DNA of 64,000 nt from Octopus sinensis (taxonomy: Eukaryota): contig NC_043008.1 of the NCBI RefSeq assembly GCF_006345805.1, forward strand, positions 50,530,001 to 50,594,000, written 5' to 3'. Position numbers and translations under genes: made by a program. The notes beneath the pieces were generated by a model that saw nothing but the letters and a program-made list of their open reading frames with translations, did no database searches and had not been told where the DNA came from. Of the stretch, positions 38,061 to 51,712 are shown one piece after another. Every line of letters starts with the position of its first letter. The stretch's first letter is position 1.

Positions 38061-38429
38061 TTTACCTTGATGAGATCAATATGCTGCGCACATATGATTG
38101 TGATGCATGTACCCTCATTAGACGGATAGTCATGATGGGTATGTTGGATTTCGTATATTTGTACCCCTGTGTCACTTTTGTTACAAGCATTTACTTTGAT
38201 CTTCTGCTGTCTCTACCAGTACACCTGTTGTTGCTATACAAACTTGATTTTGAGATATTCTGCTTCCAGGCTTTGTCTGACCAAAGAAAATCTCTTCATT
38301 AATGACCATCTTGATCGTTACTCATAAATTAGTAAGGATTGGTAATTTCCCAGTCTGGCAATTGAACCCATGGTCTAGCGATCGTGAGTGGCAACACTAG
38401 GCCACATACTTTGACACACATATATATAC

Positions 38430-38915
38430 ATACATAGGGCAGACAAATCACAAAACCATTCAGGTAGATGGCCCTGCTTGATCTGTAGAAAAGGTGTAGG
38501 TAGAAACTCCATAAGATGTACCCAGTGTAAGCTTTGCACACATAAGAGGTGCAGCAATATCAAAGGGAGGCTAACTGGGAAGATAGTTTTTGTATGTGGC
38601 AAATGCTCAGATGCTATGAACCCTGAAAATGTGCAGAGAACAGCTTGTCACATTCCAAGGAGAAAAACTTCAAGTAATTGATAGTTTCTGTTATCTAGGA
38701 GACCAAGTCAGTTGCAGGGGTGGATGCTCTAAGAGTGTAGCTGCTAGAATAAGAATAACCTGGGCAAAGTTCAGAGAGATCCTACCTCTGTTGGTGACAA
38801 AAGGCAGCCTCTTGCTCAGAGTAAAAGGTAGACTGTATGACGCATGTGTACGAACAGCCATGCTACATGGCAGTGAAACATGGGCCATGACTGCTGAGGA
38901 CATGTGTACACACAT
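38430..38915 (+). mobile_element. RTE-clade LINE ORF fragment (Cys-rich finger plus post-RT thumb region)
   Basis: C.ICRKGVGRNSIRCTQCKLCTHKRCS...FVCGKC, then after a frameshift EKLQVIDSFCYLGDQVS...RIRITWAKFREILPLL...KGRLYDACVRTAMLHGSETW. Confidence 0.85.
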
Positions 38916-40628
38916 ACCGACAAACATGTATATTGTTCAAAAGGTTTTAGAAAACTAAGTTCCGCAAAAGATGAGAGCATAGTCAGTGTGTTAAAAACGG
39001 CACTCTATAACGGTAATCCTGTGAAACTGTCCAAGCAAACCTTGCTCTACTGACCAGGGATATGAAGGCAGCTGACATGAACAATGACAGTAAAAGTTGT
39101 CTCCCTTAAGCATGAACTTTTTTTTTTTTTTAAATAGATAACTGTGTGTATTTGCACCAGTGTCTGTCCTTTAGACATTATTTCAGAAACAGGTTATTCA
39201 GCTGATTGAACTAAACCCTCGCTGCTGAACAGTTAAGAAGTTTGCATCCAGAAGCTCAATCCCACAGCATAGTATCTCAGGCAAATTTATTTAATACCAG
39301 GCTCTTGTGATTGAAATTGTGTAGACAGAAAGTTAACAAAAGCCTGTCAGTTGGATTGTTCCTAGATTTCAAAAGCGCAGCTTTGTGGCCCGGGGATGGG
39401 TTGTTACACTCATGGTTGCGAAACTCCCAGATCAGGCAAATGCGTTGGTGTCTACGAGCAAAATACTTCATGTCATTCTGCAATCACTTTATGACACCTG
39501 ACATATGGAACATAAACAGATGTCAAAGTGCACCTGTAGAGGCAACACCAATTTGGTGGAGGTGGGAGTGAGCCAATGTACAGCCACATACATTTGGTCA
39601 CTATAAACAAATCATTTGTCCAGGTTGGTCAGCAAGAAATTGAAGAACCGTCTCTCTTGGACTACAACAGACTACTCTACACGTGTCTGGAAAGCTCAGG
39701 TACTTACATATTAATCCAGGGGCAGGTGATTTCCCTTGATCCAACAACTGAATCCTCGTTATTGAGCCACAGTAATCCACCACCATAATCCCTCACATTG
39801 AATCATGGAGAAGGAGTGAGCAGTTATGGCATTCATACTTTCCTCAATTTCATTAGCAATACAAATGCTGTCTTTAATAGCACCTACTCAGCTGTTATAA
39901 TTTAAATGAAGCCTTGACTTTACGAAAAAAATGTATGTAGGATATGTCATCTTGGTGGAGTTGATGTGGCCATGTGGTTAAGAAGTTCAATTCCAGGGTC
40001 AATTTCTCTGTACTACATCTCGGGTGGCAGTGACTTCTACCATACTAGTGATGTGGCCAAACCCTTGGGAATAAAATTGGGGAGACAGAAACTGTATGGA
40101 CAGTTGCGTCAGAAAGACCATTCTTGTTTTGTGGTGGTCTCAAATATCAGGTTAGCCCCTACAGTTCATGAATATACACTGTTGTTTAACTGCAGGTCAG
40201 CATCATGCAATGTGTCCTTCCTCTTTTCAGATGGCAGGGTATGATTTGAAAGGGACTTAGCTGCTCTTCCTAGCAGGTTAAGCATCCACAAGGCGACTCC
40301 CTCATTAAAAATTGCATTTGGTGGCGGTGGGAAGATGGGAGATGCAATAGAAAAAAATATAAATATATAAATGAAGAAATATATATATAAATGAAATAAT
40401 AAACAAACTGAAGAATTTCTCATTTTTTTCGTTTTTTTTCCTTATTTTTTTTTTTTTACATACCATTCTTTGCACAGATTCAAAGTTTCTAGAATATTGT
40501 TTAGAGTTCTCTGCAAATATGGACCAGAATAAGTATTGCTTTGACTTCCTTTGAAACAGGTCTGCATCCAAAATTTGAGGGTTTTACACAGCCAAATAGT
40601 ATCGTGTTAAACCTCATAAGTTACTACA

Positions 40629-40663
<35 letters not shown>

Positions 40664-41294
40664 ACGAGGGAGAGCAGTTTAGAGGAATTTGAAAACTAGT
40701 ACCAATGGTTGCATACAAAGTTCACCCTCCCCACAAGCTCTTTATTCCAGTGTTGTACAAACCATTCATAGAATGTAGAGGAAGTCCCCAGTTAACAGAA
40801 ACAAAATACCTTTACTTATTATACAGTGTGGTTTTATTTATTATTTTTTTTATGGTATATGTTTTTTCCCTGTTGTTAATTTTTCATTATATTTTTCTTT
40901 TTAACCAGCTTTTATTTAACTTGGAAGTAGGGTTCTGTTAACCTAACAGAAAGAGAAAAAAAAAAAAAAAACTCTGTAATGCAACCTAATTAGAGGGAAA
41001 TACGAGATATTAAGTATTCGTTCCGATACACCACCATTATTTAAAGAGAAAAGAAAAGGGAAGAAAAAGAAACGTATAAAAGTCTTAAAAGTAGGGAAGA
41101 TGTATGATCAGTGGGGAAGGGTCCCTGAGAGATCTTACCCCGTCATCCCCCATCCCTCAAAATATAAAAACACAAAAAAATTTAATAAAAAAAAAACCTG
41201 TTCCAAAAGCTTTTAAAAGATGATATTAATGGATGATATATTGGTCAGCCTTCTTTTGTCATGAAAAAAAATTATAATAATAATAACAATAATA

Positions 41295-41975
41295 TTCCTT
41301 TCTACTAAAAGCACAAGGCCTAAAATTTTGTTTGGAAGGGGGCAAGTTGATTAAATTGACCCCAGTGCTCAACTGGTACTTATTTTATCAACTCCAAAAG
41401 GATGAAAGGCAAAGTCGACCTTGATGGAATTTCGAACGTAAAACCAGAAGAAATGCCATTTTGCTTGGCATTCTAATGATTCTGCCAGCTCATGGCCTTA
41501 ATAATAATAATAATAATAATTTCTGATACTACTACAGATTCAGAAATTCTGGTGGAGGGGGACAGTCAATTATATCAGCCTCAGTACTTAGCTGGTACTT
41601 AATATAAACTGACCCCAGAAGGATGAAAAAGGCAAAATTAATCATGGCAGGATTTGAATTCAAAAAATAAAGGACCAGAAAAAAAATACCACAAGGCATT
41701 TTTGTCTGATGTTCTCTTGTTTCTGCCAACCCCTTGTCTACCACCTCCTTACAGTAGTAATTTCTGATTTAGGCACAATGCCAAAAATTAGGAGGGGACA
41801 GGGTAAGTCAGTATTATCAACAACATTACGTGGCTGGTACTTTATTTTGTCAACCTCAAATGGATGAAAGGCAGAGTTGACCTCGGTGGGGTTTGAACTC
41901 AGAACATACAGATCAAGAAATAATGCAAGGCATTTTTTTTTTCTGATGGTCTAACAATTCTGCCAATTCACCTCC

Positions 41976-42008
<33 letters not shown>

Positions 42009-42450
42009 TTTCAAATTTTAGCACAAGGCCAGCAATTCCAAGGGGGAGGGGCGGGTAAGTCGATTACGTTGACCCTAGTGCTCAAATGGTACTTATTGTA
42101 TCAACCCCGAAAGGATGAAAGGCAAAGCTGACCTCGGCAGAATTTGAACTTAGAACTTGGAGATGGATGAAATGCCGTTAAGCATTTCACCTGGCATGCG
42201 AATGATTCTGCCAGCTTGCCGTCTTAAAATAAGGATAATTCTTTCTAATTTTGGCACTTAACCCAGCAATTTTGAGGGGAGGAAGGGGCGCAAGTCAATT
42301 TCATCAACCTCAGTATTTCACTGGTATTATATTTTACTGACCCCGTAAAGTATGAAAGGCAAAGTTGACCTTGGCCGGATTTGAACGCAGAACACAAAAG
42401 AGTTGGAAGAAATGCTGCAAACAGCATTTTTCCTGAAACTCTAATGATCC
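41295..42450 (-). mobile_element. Head-to-tail array of five SINE family A copies separated by (AAT)n or AT-rich tails
   Basis: Units at about 41295-41500, 41520-41750, 41760-41975, 42005-42225 and 42240-42450, each with the reverse-complement core. (aat)n runs at about 41270, 41500, 41980 and 42470. Confidence 0.85.
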
Positions 42451-42930
42451 ACCTCTACACAATAGAAATAATAATAATAATAATAATAATATGTAAAAGA
42501 AAAGAACGAAATAAAAATTGAATTAAAAATAAAAAAATTAATGAAGTTGAAGAATGATGGCCTGTCTGACCCCACCAACTTCTTTACTGGACGGCTGCTA
42601 CGTCAGCGGTCAAAGAAAGAGAGCAAGAGGGGCCAAAAGAGAAGAGTCTGAAAAGATGCAGCAAGCAGGTGCTACACTTTCAGGCACATTTATATACATC
42701 AGTGACAACACACCATCTCCTCCTGTGACTTGCTTATCACAGACATATTATGTTTTATTTTTGTTCTTTTGTTGGTTTTTTTTTTTAATCAATGCAGTTG
42801 CCTGTGGTGAAGAAAAGTTAAGTTTTTGTTTCTGTTATTTATATATGTATATATATATATATATACAAACACATATATATATATGTATTTTTTTTTTTAA
42901 CCAAATCTGAGATTCCATCTTGAGGCAACT

Positions 42931-43176
<246 letters not shown>

Positions 43177-43210
43177 TTACAAACATGTGTCAAATATACA
43201 TTATATACAC

Positions 43211-43257
<47 letters not shown>

Positions 43258-43590
43258 CACCCTGTCCAATGGACGGTGCTGAGTTGTCAATCATTTAAAC
43301 TAGATTTTCTCAAAACCGTCCCATAGGACTCCCCTTTGAGAAACACTGATTTAACCTAAATTTGAGACACCAGCAAAAGAAGAAATAAAGAGCATTTTTT
43401 TTATTCCAAAGAATGCTTTATCAATCGCATTCTCAATTGAAATCGATTTTTGTAATTTTTTCAAGACTGATACACGCCTTGATACCGTTGGTATCTACAT
43501 ATCAAATTTGAGTGCAATCGGATGGCGGATGCCCGAGATCCTAGAAGACACACACACAGACAGACAAAATGGATTTTATATAATAGATAT
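43258..43590. mobile_element. Helitron-like non-autonomous remnant
   Basis: aaatttgagtgcaatcggatg...gagatcctagaagacacacacacagacagacaaaatg...atataatagat: (GACA)n plus an ATAGAT end, a layout typical of non-autonomous rolling-circle elements (recalled pattern). Confidence 0.45.
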
Positions 43591-46214
43591 ATCATTCACA
43601 TGATTTAGCTCTGTGCATCTTTTTCTGTATCTATCTATATCTACCTACATAAATGTCTGTCTATATCTGCATTCCAGTAATTGAGTTGTGAAATATTAAA
43701 TTCTACAGATTATATATATAATTACACACACACATAATCGTTGTTTAACATCTGCTTTCCATGATGGTGAACCAGAAGGCTGCACCAGGCTCCAATCTGA
43801 TCTGGCAAAGTTTCTACAGCTGGATGACCTTCCTAATGCCAACCACTCTGAGAGTGTAGTGGGTGCTTTTAAGTGCCACCGGCACAAGGACCAGTCAGGC
43901 GGTACTGGCAACGACCATGCTCAATTGGTGTTTTTTTACGTGCCACCAGCACAGGAGCTAGTCAGGTGACGCTGGTAATGACCATGTGCGAATGGTGCTT
44001 TTTATGTGCCACTGGCATGGGAGACAGTCAGGCAGCCCAAGCAATGTCACGCTCAAATGGTGCTTTTAATGTTCCACTGGTATGGGTGCCAATCAGGTGG
44101 CACTGTCATCAGCCACAACAACGATTTCACTTGCCTCAACAGGTCCTCGCAAGTGCAGTTTATTGCCCAATGATTAAATGGGCTGGTTACGCAACAGTGG
44201 CATAGTCCACAGTTATGGTCTCACTTGGCTTGCCAGCTCTTCTCAAGCATAGCATATCTCCAAAGGTCTCGGTCACTTGTCATTGCATCAGTGAGGCTCA
44301 ATGTTCAAAGGTTGTGCTTCACCCCTCATCCCAAGTCTTCCTGAGTCTACCTTTTCCACAGGTTCCCTCAACTGCTGGGGTGTGACAGTTTTTCACACAG
44401 TTGCCCTCATCCATTCGCAACACATGACCCCCCCACACACACGCATATATATATAAATAATTACACATACATATATATGAAAAATGACACACACACAACA
44501 GGGGTGTTTTTGTTTTGCTTGGCTCTGAAGTATATTGTGCTTTCTAACAACACAGTATGTCTCTAAAAGGATTTTTCTCCAGACAAAACCTGCAGCTTCT
44601 TGCTTTTCAGTGACACACCTATATTAAGTATGTTATAGTGATAAAACAATTTTTACTATAGAGCTGTTTCTATTGCATAATTCGAAAATACACACATACA
44701 CACACACACTGTGAAGTGGTTGGCATTAGGAAGGGTATCCAGCCACAGAATCATGCCAAAGGAAAGAGACATTGGTGCAGGTTTCTGATTTGCCAGTTCC
44801 TGTCAAACCATCCAACCTGTGCCAGTCTGGGAAATGGATGTTAAATGATGACGATATATATATATATACACACACACACGTCGACTTTTCCCAACACCCA
44901 ACATGGGTCAGCTGTTTCATTACCCATATATATTAACATTATCATAATTATTATCATCATTATTATTATTAAAGTGTGGCAGATGGGCAGAGCACTGGAC
45001 AAAAGGTTTTTTTTAGTGTATCTAGTTATGTTCTCAGTCGATTTTTGTACCTGTTAAAAATGATTATTATTATTTATAGGCATAGATGTAGATGTTTGAT
45101 TAAAAAGATTGCCTCCCGACCATGTGGTTTCAGGTTCAGTCCCACTATGTGGCACAGTGGGCAAGAATTTCCTACTACAGCGCCAGGCTGACCAAAGCCC
45201 TGTGAGTGGAGATGGTAATCAGAAACTGAAGTCCACCGTATGTGTGTTTGTCTAGACATCACATGATGGTCATAAATGAGCACCACAGTCATATGACCAA
45301 TACTGTCAATTTCCAGTCACCAACGAAAAACATACCTGACAAGTAGGAAATATTACCTTGCTTGGAAACAGGTAAGGGTTGGTGACAGGAAGGGCATCCA
45401 GTAATAGAAAATCTGCTTCTACAAATTCCATCTGACCCATGCAAAGATGGAAACGTGGACATTAAAATGATGAGGATGATCTCAAAGGTGGTGGACTGTA
45501 AAAATGCTTAAACTAACAGAGAGCGGCTTTTAGTTACAGCCCAGAGTTCAAATCTTACTGAAGTCGACTTAACCTCTCACACTCCCAGGTTCCACAAAAC
45601 ATGAAACAAGATGATTACTAAAGAATCAATTTGACTAAATTCCTTGAAACAAAATCCGTCACCTTTGTGTTAATTATGAGAATTTGTTAATTTTAGATTC
45701 GTTTCAATTACTTTTTTCAATTAGTCCAGTCTTCATTATTCATTAACTTGTGCATAACGAACATCCTAAATTCTGTCTCCTGAAACTTTTTACAAATGCA
45801 GACATACATAGATATGGTATGTTTCTTGCAGCTGCGCATGCATGCACACACATACACAGCAATGCTGTACGTAATGTGCTGCACACATACAGACATGCCA
45901 TGGTGTTGGTGCTGCACACATGAACAGATATAATAATGCAACAGTTGTACAAGCAAACCTGGCAAGATGCTGCTAATGCAAATATGCACAGGTAAATGGT
46001 GCAGTGCTCCTACTGCACACACACACAGTCAAGTGTTGCTACTACAGCTGCAGACATTGCATAGTACTGCAACTGCACACACAGACATAATAAACAACAT
46101 GCACGAGAAACCAGTCAACTAAATGACAATGATTAACTGATCAATAACGAGCTGCAATCACACACTCACAGATGCCTTGGTCCCACCCCCCACCCCCACC
46201 CGGCCTCTTCTCAA

Positions 46215-46700
46215 GTAGCTAACTTCATACTTGTACTACACACTCCTACCCGACACAGCACCCCCCTCACTCCTCTCCCTGATACAACACCCCCCTCACT
46301 CCTCTCCCTGTCACCTTTACCTGACACAACACTCCCATCTCCTTCCCATCACTCCTACAAGACAGCCCTCTCCTCCCCTTCACTCTTATCTAACAGCCCC
46401 TCCACCCGCTGTTCATTCCCACCCACCCCCTCCCGACACAGCACCCCACTCTCTCCTCTCCTCTCTGTCACTCTCATCTAACCACACCTGACACGGCACC
46501 CCATCTCCTTCATGTCACTCCTACCAGACACAGCCTTTCCTCCTCCTCCTCCTATCATCCCTGCCTGACACAACCACCCCCTCTCTCCTGTATGTCACTC
46601 CTACCACCTCTATCTAGTTCCCTGTGATACAATCTCTCCTCATCCTCTCACTCTAGCTCACTCACCAATTCCTACATGAGATAAACACTTCCCTCTCTCC
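46215..46700. repeat. C-rich degenerate minisatellite (ctcct...gacacagcaccc units)
   Basis: Recurring cctgacac/ccgacacagcaccc and cactcctctcc motifs. Near absence of G on the plus strand. Confidence 0.8.
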
Positions 46701-47264
46701 TTTCCCCTTCAGGACTTTGGAAATTCACTTTCCAACCCAGAATGTTCCAACAGACACCAACCAGCAGATTTTTCAAACGAAACATCAACGCCCCACCCTC
46801 TCAACCAGTCGCACTAGTCTAGAAGACACCTGCACAGGTGATAATCAGGTCCTCTCCTCTGGTTCTGCCATGTTTTTGTTGTCTAATGGCTTTCGTTTCA
46901 TTGACTTCTTTGTTTGAATAGTGAAGAGACAATATTTAAACAATGATAACATTTCCTCAAGCTATAACACATTGACATCATCATCATCGTTTTAATGTCC
47001 AGTTTTCCATGCTGGCATGGGTTAGATGAAATTCACTGAGGCAGATTTTTCTATGGCTGGATGCCTTTCCTGCCACCAACTCTCGCCTGTTTCCAAGTAA
47101 GGTAATATCCCCACCCACCTCATCTTTACGTGGAACATTTGAATTGAATGACTGCCTGTATGACAGTGACACATCACACAATGTCAGCCACACCTATGCC
47201 TGGAGAGTCAACTCCAACCAGGTTTGAAATCAAAGCCTAGAGTCATAGTTAACATTGATAATGC

Positions 47265-48070
47265 TTTCTACTGGAAGCACAAGGCCTCAAATTTGGGGGA
47301 AGGGATTAAGTCGATTACATTAACCCCAGTGCATAACTGGTACTTATTTAATCTCCCCACCCCAAAAGAATGAAAGGCAAAGTCAACCTCAGTGGAATTT
47401 GAACTCAGACTGTAGTGGCAAACGAAATACTGCTAAGCATTTTGCCCAGTGTGCTAACAATTCTGCCACCTTGCTGCCTCATCATAATTAACATTAATAA
47501 TCTTTTCTACTCTACGCAGAAGGCCTGAAATTTTGCAGGAGGGGACCAATCGATTAGATTGACCCTAGTACACAACTGGTACTTAATTCATCGACCCCAA
47601 AAGGATGAAAGGCAAAGTAGACCTTGGTAGAATTTTAACTCAGAATGTAGTGGCAGGTAAAATACCTATTTCTTTACTACCCACAAGGGGCTAAACACAG
47701 AAAGGACAAACAAATGGATTAAGTCAATTATATCAACCCCAGTGCGTAACTGGTACTTATTTAATCGACCCCGAAAGGATGAAAGCCAAAGTCGACCTCG
47801 GCGGAATTTGAACTCAGAACATAGCGGTGGGCAAAATACCGTTAAGCATTTTGTCCAGTGCGCTAACGATTCTGCCAGCTTGCCACGTTGCCATAAAAAC
47901 ATTTATTTCTAAAATAGGCAGAAGGCGAGACATTCTGGAGCACGAGTTGAGTCAATTACATCAATTTCTCTCCTTAATTTCCTTCAACATTGGAAGGATG
48001 AAAAGGAGAGGTGAGCCGGACTAGATTTCAATGTAAAGAGATCTGAGTCCGATGATGCTCTACTGATTCT
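47265..48070 (-). mobile_element. Tandem SINE family A copies (3-4, both tail subtypes)
   Basis: Cores at about 47340-47400, 47575-47640 and 47750-47820. Subtype-2 tail cccacaaggggctaaacacag at about 47680. Confidence 0.8.
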
Positions 48071-48149
48071 GTGATTTGAGTATCCACCCCCACCAACCCA
48101 ACAATTTCATTTAGAAATAAATGATGAATGTAGAATGTGAATCACTGAC

Positions 48150-48353
48150 CTGTGGGTAACTGGTGATATATAGCCCATGAGGACATATGCTGTGATACTT
48201 TGGAAATGGAAAAAGATACCATTAGTGATGAGTGCAAAGAACATTGTGTAGTCGAGGGTGTCCTTGGCATGTGTGATGTCCATCATGAGGAAACAAGCAG
48301 GAATTTGCACAACTACCGATGCTATGCTTGTGTAGAACTGCAGCTCTGCTGGG
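48150..48353 (-). CDS. SLC35E2: SLC35E2-like transporter exon (204 nt)
   Basis: ccttttgcag|C CCA GCA GAG...CAC AG|gtcagt. Encodes (T)PAELQFYTSIASVVVQIPACFLMMDITHAKDTLDYTMFFALITNGIFFHFQSITAYVLMGYISPVTH(S). Confidence 0.92.
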
Positions 48354-48659
48354 CTGCAAAAGGGGACAAAATTACAGATTAACAGACAAAAAGAAACAGA
48401 AAAAGCATTGACAATGGCGAGAGAGTGAAGAATGAAGAAATGAATACAGAAATAGGAAAACAAAAAGATTGGGAGGAAATGGTTGGTTTAGAAATGTTTT
48501 TATCATTTTGTGTCAGAGAGTGTGTGTGTGTAAAATTAAACCAGATAAACAAGAATTACATGAGGCTTAAACATGGGTTAGTTCAATAATTCACATCAGC
48601 AGAGTTTCCAACCCATTGACTTGTACAGCTGATCAATGGACAAAACTAAACTAAACTAT

Positions 48660-49335
48660 TACTCTCTTACTTGTTTCAGTCATTTGACTGTAGCCATGCT
48701 GGAGCACTACCTTTAGTTGAAGCCTAATACTTATTCTATTGATCACCATTGCTGAATTGCTAGGTTATAGGGATGTAAACACACCAACATTGGTTGTCAG
48801 GCAATGGTGGGGGACAAACACAGACACATACACACACATACATATGATGGGCTTCCTTCAGTTTCTGTCTATCAAATTCACTCACAAGGTTTTGGTTGGT
48901 CCATGGTAAGGTGCCACACAGTGGAACTGAACCCAGAATCATGTGGTTGGGAAGCAAGCTTCTTATCACACAACTGGAATCCCTGTTTATCTCCAACAAA
49001 AATATAGATGCCCTTACTCACTTTCAACAAACTCTCTCTCTCTCTCTCTCTTTGTATACATATGTGTATACATACATACATGCATGCACAGGCATGGCTG
49101 TGTGGTCAAGAACCTCACATTACAACATGCTTCCAGGTTCAGTTCCACTAGGTGGCACTTTGGGAAAATATTGTCTATGATAATCTCAGGGCAACCAATA
49201 CCTTGTGAGGAATTGGCAGACAGAAACAGTGTGGAACCCTGTGTGTGTGTGTGTTTGGTGTTTGTCCCCTTCCTACCAATTGACAACCAGTGTTGGTTTC
49301 TCCATGTCTGCATAACTTAGTGGTTCAGCAAAATA
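48660..49335. mobile_element. Head-to-head SINE family B pair (minus about 48660-48970; plus about 49085-49335)
   Basis: cttgtttcagtcatttgactg tail at about 48668 with a minus-strand body, and a caggcatggctgtgtgg head at about 49088. Confidence 0.75.
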
Positions 49336-49599
49336 CTTTGGCCCTGACAAAAACAACCTTCACAGCAGAGCTTGTAGCATAACAAAATGCACCCGAAATG
49401 GTTGGCAACAGGAAGGGCATATCATCAGGTTCAAAAGGAAATGATTGCAAATACAATGAACAGGACTAACATTTAAGGATAAGGGATGAAAAATGAAAAG
49501 GGGGACCACGGCTCAAGGAGTTCTGTAATACAAGTGAGCTGACCATTTGCAATGCTAAGCTCAGGAAACAGGCCTGGCACCTGATAACCTGGCAGTCAG

Positions 49600-50340
49600 G
49601 AAGACATTGCAAGTTAGATATGCCTCGTACTCACACCATCACCAGGAAACGGGATTGGCAACGGGATGTGAATATTAATTGACTTCCCAGTGAAGAATGT
49701 AAGAATGTTTGAGAAAGACTAGAGATCCGTGAATACAAAAACACTCCATCAGGGGACCCCACAGACATGCCATCTCACCCTCTGCCTTTCCTATCACTCG
49801 GGCACTTTCATTTCACTAATCTTTCCTCTTCTTAGCACCCATATTTCGTTCAACGCAACCAGGCCCTGCATTAACCCCTGCAGTCAGTCTTCTGTGTGGC
49901 TGTGGCTTCAGAAACACAAGACAATCTGGAGGTGGAAGGTTAAGGTAACTGAATTCTTTGGCCAGACGAAGGTTTGAAGGAATATTGACTGAGATGTACG
50001 ATAATGAGGAGCTAGAGGCTTATAACAATGGGGAGTTTTGAGATGCCAAAAGCCATGACCCATGTAGATGGATGGAGAAAGGTTCCAACCAGACAAGAGG
50101 TGATGGTGCTTCTATAAGAGCCATAAAAGCTAAAAGCTAAGCCCGTGAAGAAGGGAGGAAGAGATGTGAGAGTAAGAGGCAATAATGAAGTGGCTAAAAC
50201 AGATGCTAGATGTCAGGATTGCACGGCAAGGAGAAAAGCTGAGAGTGGGAAGTTTGTTAGGGTTTCATAGTGGAGAGAATCAGGGGTTTGAGGTGTTTAG
50301 GTTCTAGAGTGGTGTATCAGAGAGAATGAAGATGTTGTTG
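49600..50340 (-). mobile_element. Possible heavily decayed LINE remnant
   Basis: GC-elevated, non-simple block that is CT-rich on the minus strand, as in CR1/L2-type endonuclease regions. No clear motif recovered. Confidence 0.25.
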
Positions 50341-50383
50341 GAGGAAAAGAATGTGTTTGGAATGAAAGGAATTTAAACACACT

Positions 50384-50609
50384 TTAACCCTCTCATTTAC
50401 CATATTGTTGTTGGAATACACTGCTTTTGCTTTAGTTAATTGTGAAAATAATAAAGTCAGTGAAATAGCAATCATTAAGCTAGTGTTTAGAGCCTAAGTC
50501 AATGGCGAATTTCAGTGGAAGGTTTTTAATTTATATCATACTAAAAAAAGGAAGTTTGTATCACAGAACCAAGGGGCAGTGTCCTGTGGGTCAGAATCAG
50601 AAGGGTTAA
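50384..50609. mobile_element. piggyBac-type MITE, same family as 9132, opposite orientation
   Basis: TTAA|ccct ... aggg|TTAA. The internal ttaccatattgttgttggaatacactg resembles the reverse complement of the 9132 copy's right end. Confidence 0.65.
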
Positions 50610-50884
50610 AATAGGGGGTTTTTGTGTCATGAGATAAGAGTTGTTCTCAAGTGGATTGGACTGAAAATGGTTAATCAATATAACATCAAAAGAAGGCACT
50701 TCATTACAATCTGTTTGAATAAATTTGTTCCTGACTATGACTGGTCATCAAATCATAAAAGTAAATTATCTTTATTCCTTCTTTATACAAGAAGCCATAC
50801 TTGCAGCCACTTGAAACCACAAACAGTCGACTAAAGGCCTAGAAAGATCAAGCCATCTAACCATTGTCTCGTCAAAGCTAAAAT

Positions 50885-51260
50885 GATGCTGAGTGATAAA
50901 AAGCTTGCTTCCCAATCATGTGGTTCTGGGTTCAGTCCCACTGAGTAGCACCTTGGGCAAGTGTCTTCTGCTATAGCCTGAGGCCAACCAAAGCTTTGTG
51001 ACTGGATTTGGTAGACAAAAACTGAAAGAAGCCCATTATATATGAATATATATCTATGTGTGTGTGTTTGTCCCTACCTCACCACTTGACAATTACTGGT
51101 GGTGTGTTTGCGTCCCCGTAACTTGGCGATTCGGCAAAAGAGACTGATAGAATAAGTCCCAGGCTTAAAAAATAAGCATTGAGGTCAATTCCTTTGACTA
51201 AAAAATTCAAGGTGGTGCCCCAGCATGGCACAGTCTAACGAGTGAAACAGGTAAAAAAGA
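50885..51260 (+). mobile_element. SINE family B
   Basis: gcttgcttcccaatcatgtggttctgggttcagtccc...ggatttggtagac...aaaagagactgatagaataagt. Confidence 0.8.
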
Positions 51261-51499
51261 TAAAAATGAACTTCTGCTGGTGTCATGATAAAATGCATGT
51301 GCAGGGTATTCTAGAATGGTTGACGTTAAAGAAGGACATCCAACCATGGAAAGCACAGCAAAAATGGAATGGCCATGATAAAGGATATGGTTCACTGAAC
51401 TGTCTGAGAAAGCGGTAAATCCAGATTAGGAACCAACTTGAATTGTGACCTGGTCAACTCATGGCAGCATCAAAAATGGATGATGAAGAACAATAAAGA

Positions 51500-51712
51500 C
51501 AACAGAATCGGTAGCACGCCAGGCGAAATGCTTAGCAATATTTCGTCTGCCGCTATGTTCTGAGTTCAAATTCCGCCGAGGTCGATTTCGCCTTTCATCC
51601 TTTCGGGGTTGATTAAATAAGTACCAGTTATGCACTGGGATCGATGTAATCAATAATCTCTTTGTCTGTCCTTGTTTGTCCCCTCTATGTTTAGCTCCCT
51701 CTAGGCAGTAAA
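51500..51712 (+). mobile_element. SINE family A, subtype 2
   Basis: tagcacgccaggcgaaatgcttagc...gttctgagttcaaattccgccgaggtcg... Confidence 0.8.

Noticed and set aside
41295-42450. CRISPR-like repeat-spacer array
   Set aside because: Eukaryotic context; the units are ~220-bp SINEs without unique spacers, and there are no cas genes.
41270-42490. Idea that the R4/Dong-like LINEs mobilise family A SINEs into (TAA)n tracts
   Set aside because: Polarity disagrees: the SINEs end in (ATT)n on their own strand, whereas the R4-like ends are followed by (TAA/ATA)n on theirs.
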